64,000 nt of DNA from Podarcis erhardii (taxonomy: Eukaryota), in the NCBI GenBank assembly GCA_964252035.1, contig OZ176201.1; one strand, written 5' to 3'. The translations under genes and the position numbers were made by a program. Of this stretch, positions 44,170 to 55,900 are shown in pieces. Under the pieces are notes generated by a model, which was not told the origin of the DNA, did no database searches, and saw nothing but the letters and a program-made list of their open reading frames with translations. The stretch's first letter is position 1. Each line of letters begins with the position of its first letter.

Positions 44170-44770
44170 ACATAAACAGACATCTACCGTGTCTCATCCG
44201 CAGTTTATACGAAAACACTCGGGTCTGGGTTAGGTGTGACCGACAGGGCCATTTATCCAAGGAAATCCAAACCTACCATGGTGTTAAACAAGGCTGCGTC
44301 CTTGCGCCTACTTTATTCAACTTCTATATTAACTCCTTAGTAGGAAACATGGAGAAAGAAAATGCCCACCCCCCTAAATTGGCTACTACACCCTACCGGT
44401 TCTCTTATATGCAGATGACGCAGTTCTAATTTCCTTCTCCTGTGTAGGCCTAAGAAAACTTCTAAGATCTCTCAGTTTATTGTAATGCCGAACAATTAAC
44501 TATAGCAAATCCAAAGTTATGATGTTCTCTAAAAAAAGAATGAGACACAAATGGAGAATTGACAATCGACATATTGAACAGGTATCATCTTTTAAATACC
44601 TGGGTATAACCTTCCAGGAAAAGGGCTCGTAACATTATCAGGTTAATAATACTATTGCAAATGCCCAAAGATCTACCAACGCTATTTTAAGGTTTTTCTA
44701 TGGAAAAGGGGGCCAGTATATTCCGGCAGCCTCCCAGGTCTTTGCTGCAAAAATATTAACACAACTGACA
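44170..44770 (+). mobile_element. Degenerate non-LTR retrotransposon RT fragment (clade uncertain)
   Basis: GVKQGCVLAPTLFNFYIN ... frameshift ... VLLYADDAVLIS. Confidence 0.8.
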
Positions 44771-45598
44771 TGGTGGGGTTGATTCATGGGTAGCTGCAGG
44801 GAAACACGGAAGTAATGGAAAAGCAGAAATGGAAACACAATTATATCCTCTGCTATTTTGCAGAGTAAAACAGGAGGCCTGTAATCCTATTGGTGCCGGC
44901 CGCAAGTAAGCCCTGCCAAGTTCAAAAGGGCTTATTCCTAGGCAGATGTGTACAGAACTGTAGGCCTACCATATACCTTAAGTTATGCCAAGGCCTAATC
45001 CCCTGCTGCCCTCACCCTCACTGATGGAGGCTGTTGTCAGCCCTGTTCCTACACTAGCTCCTAAAGCAAATGTGAGAGGAAGCTGACAATTGTATTATAA
45101 TGAAAATTCATAATAAATCTTACAAGTGGAGCTGGCTATGCTTTTAGAATAGTCACCACTCCAAATGCAGCTGGGGAGATGGTCGTATGAAGGATAGAGG
45201 GAAGCACTGGCATCTTAAGTTTATCCTGACAACCAAGATGGTGAGAGTGAAGGGGGTTAGTGTCTCTTTAAAGGTAAACTAGGAAAACTTGCTAAGTTCC
45301 TAAATGTACAAATCACCCTCCACCCACATACGTACATGGCTGCTTTTCAGACCTCCCTCCTCCCCCTGCCATTAATCAGAACTTTTAAATTCCTTCTTGC
45401 ACTCATTCGGGGCCTATCATTGGTACCAGCTAAAAGCATTGCAGTGGGTTTCTGGGATGAAAATCAAGGTGTTTGGTAGAGGCGGAATTACAACCAAAGT
45501 GTTGGCAGCATTAATTGCTCAAGGTGAACACCCATGTGAAAGGTTGAATGAACAAATGAATGCCTGTACACACTGTCAATGTAACCTACCATTCCATT

Positions 45599-45846
45599 TA
45601 CGGTGGTACCTCCGGATGCGAACGGGATCCGTTCTGAGCCCCATTTGCATCCTGAAGCGAATGCAACCTGTGCCTGCGCGTGCGCGGGTCACTGCGTCTG
45701 CGCATGTGTGTGACATTATTTTGAGCATCTGCACATGCGCGAGCAGCGAAAACTGGAAGTAACGCGTTCCGTTACTTCCGGGTCGCCGCGGAGCATAACC
45801 TGAAAATGCTCAACCTGAAGCATATTTAACCCAATGTATGACTCTA
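45599..45846. mobile_element. Tc1/mariner-type MITE, third subfamily
   Basis: TA-CGGTGGTACCTCCGG left end; degenerate right end. Confidence 0.65.
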
Positions 45847-46075
45847 TATCAAAAAGGTTATTTGATGCTGGAAGGCAGGTGATGTAGCTCATCAAACCTG
45901 CACAGAGAGGAGTGGGGATGGTCGGAGTGTGAGCTGAAGGAGGGGGAAAAACTACACACACACACACACACACACAGCAGGAAGGTTTAGAGTTTGTATT
46001 TGCATTTTCCTGGGGGAAGAAGTGTAGCAGCAGATTCTGCCTCTCAATATCCAACAGCTAAATTCAGCAAAAGTG

Positions 46076-46130
46076 TTTATTTTTTAGCCCAGAGAAGACA
46101 AATTGGCAACAGTAACAGATAGCATTTATT
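46076..46130 (-). terminator. Two AATAAA poly(A) signals of the LST2-like gene
   Basis: TTTATT at 46076-46081 and 46125-46130, about 730-780 nt past the stop codon. Confidence 0.55.
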
Positions 46131-46856
46131 CAAGTATTCAGGAGAAGAACCAGCTCTGCCTGGTTTCAAAAAGGAGCTATAAATCTCCTGGAGAAGCTTC
46201 AAAAGCGTCGTCCACACAACAGTGTGGCAGGAGAGTTTTACAAGAAAATACATTGCATATGAAGATTGTTGAAGCCCTTAGCTGTATCAGAAGCTGGTGG
46301 GCAAAATGTCATGGCTATCCTCCACAAGGTTGCTGCTGGACTAGAGATCCTGCCTTTCAGTTCCAGTGAAAGGCTCCATAAAGCCCTTATTGCACATACA
46401 CCCAAATCTAGTAATGCAACCTCAGAGATTTGTCAAAAATAAATCCACAGGACTGATGACTATCATGGGGCTCTCCCAAAAGCCAGGCAACCAGCACCAG
46501 GCAATCCCTCCATAGGCCACAATTTACTCTAAGGAAAGAGTAATGGGGGGAAAGATGCTTTTACTGTCATTTACAAGAACTTGCCGAAACATCTTCTACA
46601 GCAAGCTCTAGCTCCAGCCCAAGGAATCCCACTGGGAGTTATTTATATTAAACAGCAAAGATTCAATCCCCAGCTATTAAAGCCTGGCGTTCCCATCTCT
46701 TGCCCTGACCACCAAGGCCTTTGGAAAGTTCCCAGGAGCATCCTAATAAGACAAGTGTGGTTGTTCCCACAGTCCTTTGCTGACAGTACAGGCTGTTGCC
46801 ACTTCCAAAGTCTTTGGTGTTTCCACAGGCACAGAAGGTGTTTGAGGCAGCTCCAA

Positions 46857-46982
46857 TCAACTAGTATTTTTGCTAGTGGAAGGCAAGTGGGTGGTGTAGC
46901 AGTGTGTACAAATGCGGACTGGCTTCAGCTGCTTGAAGTGGGGCAGAGGTGCCAAGTGTGACGAGCAGCGAGAGCAGAAGAT
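46857..46982 (-). CDS. LST2-like last coding exon, FYVE second half
   Basis: [41 protein letters not shown]. Confidence 0.95.
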   Translation of the reverse strand: MFCSRCSSHLAPLPHFKQLKPVRICTHCYTTHLPSTSKNTS

Positions 46983-49900
46983 CTGGGGAGGAAATAAGAT
47001 TGTGCATCAAATAGAGCCGAGGGCCATGTGGTACTACAAGCCCCACTTCACATGAAAGAGATGCGGTTGCCCTAATCCTTTGGCCAAGAAACAATAAAAA
47101 ACATGACTGACCCAGTAGAGGTCCCAACAGGGACTTAGATTGCAAGCTAGTTCAATTATTGCAACCTCTCCCCATCCCTCCCATCTGGAGAGGCCATCCT
47201 TTCAGGCACAACCTTTACTCACAATATTTTTTTAAAGGCATCTTTCCAGGGGAGCATGTAAGCCAGTCTTGCCCAACCAGGGACCCCCTATATGCTTTGA
47301 ACTACAACTTCCCTCATTCCTGACCACTGGGCCATGCTGGCTGGGGCTTATGAGGTTGCAGCCCAAAAGATATGGACACCAAGCCCAAGCCCTGGCCCAT
47401 GACAAGATACGCTATAGTTAAAGTGTTCACAGGCATGGTCTGCCTGGTGCTTTTGCAGCTGCTGCTGCTGCTGCTTCCACTAGAATGAAAGTCCTAGGAG
47501 GTCCTTATTTAGCCCCATCGCCTACCTTGCCACAACTTCGGCAGTGGTGCCGTCTGCGAAGAAAGGTGAAAGGCACACGGCAAGCCATGCAGTGGCTGCA
47601 AGTGCTGTCTGGCACCCAGTCTGGTGGTGCTAAGACATCTGGAAAAGAACAGAAGGGCAGTTGGGGACATGGCCACATGTCTTCTAAAGTCCGTCAGAGC
47701 CATAAAACTTCCCCCAGCTAAAATGTGTTAAGAGAACTCCGATTACAGAGAGATATATATGTTTATTCAGTGACAAAGCAAAAAGTAGTTCACGAGGAGT
47801 CGCAAGTCATCTGCCCAGGCACAAAGCCTTGGGGCTCTAGAGTGGGGCACAGTTTGGACAACACAGCCCCTAAAATGTAAGGCAAGAGGGGGACTGTGCA
47901 GGATCTTTTGCTTACTGCAAACCAAACAGCAAAATTCCTTTTGTCAGCAAGGCCAGCCCAGGGTCCCTGCCTGTGCATAGGAGATCCTTGAACATGGGAT
48001 CAACCTTTCTTGAAGGCTTGGCAGAGTGAGAGAGAGAAGCTCAAACCAAATTCCCCGGGACAGCAGAGATGCTCAGGAAGAGGCCTGTTTCACATTCTGG
48101 GCTCTCACCTTCTCTCCCAGTGCCTCCCCGGCTTCTGGAGCAGAGAGCACAGTCTGCCAGGTGAGAAGCTGTTGGTAGCACATGGACCTCCACCTCTGAA
48201 AAGGAAAAAAGAAAAGCTATAAGCATGCAAGTTGCTACTGCTCAAGGGAAAAGGCATCTATGCCAGGGCAAAGATACAACTGGCAGACACCTCAGCTGTA
48301 TGTTCCCATAAATGTTCCATTCATTATCCTTAAAAAAGGGGTCCAACTACATGTTACGAGGGAGACACATAATCAGACATACCCAACTTCGTTTTAAAAT
48401 GGGGAGGGAGAAAGAGGGATGATGATGCCTAAGCACCAGCCACAATGTGGTGCTTGGAGTGTGTGTTTTCTATGCTTATATGAAGAACTAAAAAGTACTC
48501 CATGTTCTTCACCTCAATATGCATCCCCATGCTCACTGGTCTAATGCACAACTGAAAGATGAAGGGGCAGGAACCTGGATTGAGCAAAGTCACGCTGCAA
48601 TTAGCAGCAATCCTTTGAGCAAAGAGAATGTTTTATTGGGCTTAGAGCAAGGGTGTCATTAACAAACTCAGTTCCAGGGACTATCACACAGTACCAACAT
48701 GTAGCTAAAGGAGCCCTGCTCTCATTCTGAGGTCCATTAGCCAACTGAAGTAATTAGCACAAGATAAGATATTCTTTTCAGTTGTGGTGCCGAAAATGAA
48801 ATTACTTCTCAACAGACATTCATTTGGTCGCCTATTTGCCCACAAACCCTTAAGAGTGTTCTATTTAACTTATATGCAGAATTCATCATGCGAAAGGCTG
48901 GGCTGGATGAATCCCAAGCCGGAATTAAGATCGCCGGAAGAAATATCAACAACCTCAGATATGCAGATGATACAACCTTGATGGCAGAAAGTGAAGAGGA
49001 ATTAAAGAACCTTTTATTGAGGGTGAAAGAGGAGAGCGCAAAATATGGTCTGAAGCTCAACATCAAAAAACGAAGATCATGGCCACTGGGCCCATCACCT
49101 CCTGGCAAATAGAAGGGGAAGAAATGGAGGCAGTGAGAGATTTTACTTTCTTGGGCTCCATGATCACTGCAGATGGTGACAGCAGTCACGAAATTAAAAG
49201 ACGCCTGCTCCTTGGGAGAAAGGCGATGGCAAACCCTAGACAGCATCTTAAAAAGCAGAGACATCACCTTGCCAACAAAGGTCCATATAGTTAAAGCCAT
49301 GGTTCTCCCAGTAGTGATGTATGGAAGTGAGAGCTGGACCATAAAGAAGGCTGATTGCCGAAGAATTGATGCTTTGAATTATGGTGCTGGAGGAGACTCT
49401 TGAGAGTCCCATGGACTGCAAGAAGATCAAACGCATTCATTCTTAAGGAAATCAGCCCTGAGTACTCACTGGAAGGACAGATCGTGAAGCTGAGGCTCCA
49501 ATACTTTGGCCACCTCATGAGAAGAGAAGACTCCCTGGAAAAGAACCTGATGTTGGGAAAGATTGAGGGCACAAGGAGAAGGGGATGACAGAGGACGAGA
49601 TGGTTGGACAGTGTTCTCATGAGTCTGACCAAACAAACATGAGTCTGACCAAACTGCGGGAGGCAGTGGAAGACAGGAGTGCCTGCCGTGCTCTGGTCCA
49701 TGGGGTCACAAAGAGTTGGACTAACTACTAAACAACGACTAAATGACTAAACAACAACAAATTGCTTATGGTAGGCTTTCCCCCCAGTGCGGCCTCTGAT
49801 GAAGTTTTTTCTTTGTGGTTGCTGATATGGTTTCCACTACGCAGTTTTTGCTGCTGTTATTATTTTGCTTTTATTTTGTTTGTGAATTCTGTGATTTTTT

Positions 49901-52900
49901 TTGTAAGCCACATCAAGTCTGATTTTAGCAGAGAGAGATAAGATATATATGTTGAGATAAATAAATAGAAAACAATGAAACAGCCCAGAGTCCTTGAAAT
50001 TTATGTAGGATTGATTTAAGTATTACAAACAGCCAGCCCCAATCTGGTGCCTGCTGGTCCAATAAGTTTTGGAATACAATTCCCATCTGTGACCATTAGT
50101 CATACTAATTTGGAAGACCTTAGGTTGGGGAAGGCTACATGACAGTATAAATGACTCAGTATGTGTCACTAACATGACTGCCCAGCACTTTTAGTGGAGC
50201 AGCATTACATGTGCATGCCATATCTAGCTTCTGCACATGCAAGCACTAAGGAAATGCTATGAAACCATGCACGAGTCAAGGAGTGTCACTCACGGCCAGT
50301 GTCTGTCACCTCCTGTTCCTCTGCCCGGGATGTCACAATTTTAAATACAGTCTTCAGGATGGCACGCAGATCACTTGCAAAGTTGGTTTGGAGCTGGTCT
50401 GCCACTCCTACACAAACACAACACAGCAATTTGAGTAATATCCATTGCACAATGACACAAGGGCAAGAGATAAACATGTAGATTTTAGCCAACTAACACA
50501 AAAGTCCTTCCATAGAGGGAAACAGTAGTCAACAGCTTCTAACCAAGCAATTCTTTCCATCTCAATTCTGAACCAACAGGATACTATTTTTTCACTACTC
50601 TTTCCTGCTGAAGAGACTAATTCTCAATTTAGGTGCTAAACCTTCAGGATTAAGGCTAGGCAAGAGAGTTCATACAGTATCTGAGCTGAACCAAAACTTA
50701 CAGTTCAAAATCCTTAGGCAACATGGGAGCAATACTTGCCTGCTTTACAGGCAAATTCTTGGGCTTCTTAGCTAATGTGTGTGAAGCACTTTCAGCTGAG
50801 TCATTCAAAATTTAAGTACTTGCCCCCAATGAATATATATTTTATTAAAATGGATGCTATTCCCTAATCATGTAATAAGACAATAGCTGCCATCTTCTGA
50901 GCTATTTTTAATGGCATGTGGAACAACTTGTTCTAACTTGCCATCATATCCAGATCGGGATATTACAGCTTGTAGTCACTGTGATGCTTAACTAAGGAGT
51001 CGCCAACCTTTTGTGTGCTAGGCAGTACATTTGGAATTTTGAGAATTCTGCCATGAGCAGCGGTCACAAAATGGCTGTTGTGAGCGGAGGGGCATGCCGC
51101 AAAATAGCTGTCACAGCTAAAAGATAAGGAGAGGCGGGAGTTCAAAGTGGTGTGGGCAAGCCCCTCCATCAGCCATCCTATCAGTGTCACAGGAGGAAGG
51201 CACCTAACATTAGCTACTGCTCGGGCAGAGAAGATCTTTGCACCTCTCCTCTGTTCAGAACAGATGGGAGTATGAGCCTCCACTGTTGGCTTCCAAGGAA
51301 ATGTGGGCATGTTAAAGGGGGAGTGTTGAAGAGAAGCTGTGCAGGGAAAGCAAACAGTCTCTTGTCAGCTGTGGATTTTTGAATGGATGCTTTACTGAGA
51401 CTTTTGCATGTAGCATAAGCAGTATTGGTGGGGAATTTTATCTCAAGCCCTGCTCCCCCTAAAAGCTTATTTAATTCTAGAAAACCAACTGCTTCCTGCC
51501 AGGATCTCTTCCCCAACAGGGCAACAAGAAGCTTGTTTGGAGGTATGATCAGGTACGCCGTCCTTCCACTTGGACATATCTGTTCCTTTCCAAAATCTTG
51601 ACCAGCAGGAATGGTCAGGAGTGGTAGGAATACATTCCAAACATAAGGAACACCTGTTCACTTGTCCAGTTTGTCCAAATCAGGGAACCTACAGAGGCTT
51701 GTCTGCTTATTTTTTTAAAAAAAAAAACTTCCTTTCTGCTGCCAACCATACCCCTGCCAGCCAATGCCCCAGTTGCATTATGGGATATTGGATGATGAAG
51801 ACCTCCCTTATCCAGCAAAAACAGGGTACTCACCAGAGATGCAGACAAACAGTGTGTGGATCATGTCCTCTGTAGTGGTATAACGGGCTCGCAGTTCTGC
51901 CCAACGAGCCGTCTGCGGAGCTTGTGTGTTCACTCCTGCCTTGGTGCTACTAGACCCCTGACCACGCTGCCTGTTGAACAAGCAGCATTAGAATGGGTAT
52001 TAAGGGGTTACTCTCTCACCTTCTGCACTCCAGTTCTTTCAAAGTTCTCCCTTCTCCTCTCCCCCCCCCCAAAAAAAACAGCAACAACCCAAAGGCATCA
52101 TCTGCCCTAAATACATGAATGCCAGGCAAGCAAATGCCAAGGAAAGGGTAAGCAATATATACAGTAAATGTTCCCACATGAGCTTTGGGTCAGCTAAGAT
52201 TTATGCACCCCTTCTTTTCATTTCCAAGAGACAAGAGCCACTGACTCCTCAAACGCTGAAAGAGGTAGTGCTCTGACAGGGTTTGTCAACTACCTTGGTT
52301 CTCTCCAAAAACATTTGAAAACCAAGGCACAGCTTCTGATTGGCTGCAGGAGCTTCCTGCACTCAATCAGAAGCTGCGTCAGATGTTCGGCTTCCAAAAA
52401 ACGTTCTCAAACACTTATTTCCAGGTTTGCAGCCTTCGCTAGCCAAAATAATCGAGTCACAAGGCATTCGAGAACCAAGGTACGACTGTACTGCCACCTA
52501 GCTGCAAAGTTTCGATTACTCCTTTACCTCTCATGTAGTCCACACTGCTCAAAAGCTACAAGTGCTCCTGATTCCTGCAGAAGTACTGATGAACCCTTTC
52601 CATGGTCTTGATGCTGTCATGGATAACACTTTTAGTGGCTTTCACGTTAAGGATTTACTGTGGAAGAGCCATGGCCTTGTTTGCTCACTTTTACAGAGCA
52701 CCTACATGACACTGTCAACAAAACAAACCCTTCTTATGCTTTCCCTGCTTAGCTTTATGTCCCCCAGAACTTAAAAAAACCCCCAGAAATCCAACTTTAT
52801 TTTTACTCGGCAGAAAAGCTACAATAGAGGAAGAGGAAGAAGAGTTTGGATTTGATATCCCGCCTTTCACTCCCTTTAAGGAGTCTCAAAGCGGCTAACA

Positions 52901-55900
52901 ATCTCCTTTCCCTTCCTCCCTCACAACAAACACTTTGTGAGGTGAGTGGAGCTGAGAGACTTCAAAGAAGTGTGACTGGCCCAAGGTCACCCAGCAGCTG
53001 CAGGTGGAGGAGCGGGGAAGCGAACCCGGTCCCCCAGATTACGAGACTACCACTCTTAACCACTACACCACACTGGCTCTGATATATTGTCATTATATCA
53101 GTCTCCCCACACCACACCTAAACTGTGATCCAGGGTGGTGGTGCACAATCGTGATCTGGTGCGCAGTAAAGCGGAACAGAGCAATTAATCTTTTCCACAC
53201 GGACAATGGGCCCAATGAAATCAGCATACAATCTCAGATTCCAACATTTTGGGCTGAGGGCAGGTGGGTGAAGAGAAGTGGTTCTTGGTCATACCTTGGG
53301 ACAGCCGAGACACGTGGTGTCGCAGCGCCTCGGAAGTCAGGAGAATCTATATCCTTGAAGGGCTGTGAATCTGTAGTGCTCTCATTCAGTACACGCTTCT
53401 CCAACATGTAAAGTTCTTCCTTGGACAACACACGCAGCAAATCCCTATAAGGGAGAAGGCTCATAAAGGAGGCATCTAGGAAAACAAGACACTGAAATTG
53501 CCCTAAAAGAACAGACTGGATAACCCAGCTCTCACGTAGTACCCTGGAAAGAAGGTCAGATCTACTCTCGTTATGGTAGGGCTTCAGTGCAATGTGGAAA
53601 CCAAGCTCGCAAAAAGGAGCTCATGCCCCCCACACCATGTGCAAATGCATATAATTTGTACCCCCTGATGAGGCAACCTGCTGCTGCATCTCTTCCCCCA
53701 GCACGCACACAAACTCTGATCATGTATCCAGAACATCTTGCTTCATCCTCTGTTAACTGTATGTCTGATTACAGGAGAAGGACACCACTAACATTTATGC
53801 AATAATTTCCATTTAACTGAGGGTAGATCAAACATCAGCAAAGTTATGCGGTAGAATATTTATTGGATTGTGCAGCTTCAGACTGCAGGGTGGCAGGGAT
53901 TGCATTTTTCAAATGAGCTATATTAGCCCTTCCCGTGACTGCACTAAAGCACCACAGTCAGGTGATTTTGCTGAACATGTAGCTTGGGTTGTTAACACAA
54001 ACCCCTCCACAAAGACCCAGACTCAGTTCCAGTTGAGTTCCTGTGCAACAGCTGCTTTTATAGACACTCACCTGATTTTTCTAAGCAAGACGTAAAAGGG
54101 GCTAAAGACTCTGGATATCTCCTCAGGCCTCCGATCCAAATTGAGGGGTCCATCTGGGTAGATCAGAAGACCACTGTGTACGGGGCAAAGAAAGAAAACA
54201 AAACACACAGGGAGGATTGGATTTCCTGTTCTACTGCTGCTATGTATGTTTTTCCTAATACATTAATTATTATTGGAGGTGGGGGTTTCCCCCCAAAATG
54301 TGAGAACTTTCAAAATAATAATGGGTAAAGATTAATGGGAATTGCTCTTTCGTCATATCGTTTGGGCAGAGAATTCTCAAAATGAAAGCTGTGACACTGT
54401 AGTAAACCTTGTCCAAGTTTCCTTTTTTAATTTCTTTTCCAAGATAGCAAAATTTCCCTAACTTTAAATTACTTCTTTGGTTAGTTAACGGATGTGCATA
54501 TTTCAGCTCTGATGCCACTGCTCTGCCTATATTTTGTGCCCACCACTCTATAAATTCCTACTAACAGCTATGTTTCCCAAGGAGCTTTTAGTGTGTTACC
54601 CACATTGAAGGGGAAACTCAAAAGTAACACAGCCACTTACTGCTGAGATGGGGACATAGTGCCGTACTTTGAAGAACCACCACGAGTGGAATTTGACAAG
54701 GCAAATGCTGGTGGGAAAGGGCCACGTGCAAATAACTGTGTGCTGGTACCTCAGGCAGTAGCTGCCCCAATCAGGATCTAAAGGAGCAACAGCTGGCTTT
54801 GGGAAAGTCATCCCACCTATAAAGTAGTCACACACACCGAGAATAGGCAGGGAGGATGGCCATTTGGAGAGAGGGACAGTCCGAAAGTTTTAAATACAGC
54901 ACAAGCAAGCAATCTTCCCAACTGCATGAGCCAGAGCAGTGGTGGAAAACTTTTGGGGGCCTCTGGGACTCATTTGGTGATACGTCACATCCTCCCCACC
55001 ACCATGCAGACACACATGAGAGATGGGGAGAGGAACGTGTTTAGATTGCCAAGATGCCATTGCACACCTTCCTGCTGCCCAGAAGATTGGCAAGCGCCGA
55101 GGAACTTATAGATGTGTAGCTGATTTATGTACCGTGAAGGAAGAAGTAAAATGAGAGACCTCCGTTTAGACAAATGTGACTTGCCCCAGTTTCTTCTGTT
55201 AAAAATGCACACCTGTCTTGCCAGCTTTGACAGCTATAATTGCCAGATTGAACATTCCACATGTCTCGAGTTTATCGAGCTACCGGGCTCCATACTCAAC
55301 CAAAAGATGACAGGTAAAACCACATACCTGATAATGGCCAGGCGGGGAATGGTGAACATCAGCTGCGGTTCATACCCATCAATCGTCTCCTGAGTCAAGT
55401 AGCCAAGTTTCAGAGCTCTAGATGAGCGAGGGAGAGAAGGGGCAGGAAATGAGGAAGGAAGGCGTGGGCAGAAGTCAAAATCCCTAGTCCAAGTAGATAA
55501 TTATCCTAGACCTCACTTGAGCCAAGCTTCCCACATCAAAAAGGAGCATTGGCTGGTCTGCGTCATAAGGTTTTGTAAAGACCCATCTTTGTGCCCATGT
55601 TTTCTCTGATCCATAAAACAAGACCCTGCTTATTATGCTTTAATCTCTTGATTTTTTAAAAACATGTTTTTATTCTACTGCTTTGTTGGTTCTGGAAAAT
55701 GATTGTATTTTTTAAAAATGATACTGTTGGTATTTTATGTTGTATGTTTCCAAGAAATATAAAAAACATAAAGCCGTTTATAAATACATCTAAACAAATA
55801 AAATAAAAACAATAAAATAAGATGAATGTTCATTCTATTGGAGAGGTAGATAGTGCTTGCCCAAGGATCTTTCCAAGCCACAGAGCGCAAAATCCTCACC

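Noticed and set aside
52520-52730. Possible extra exon of the LST2-like gene (good-looking AG and GT sites)
   Set aside because: All three frames from the candidate acceptors contain stops, and no phase 2-to-2 solution was found.
53340-53365. FKDID as a possible mTORC1 TOS motif in the LST2 paralog
   Set aside because: It does not fit the F-acidic-hydrophobic-acidic-hydrophobic pattern.
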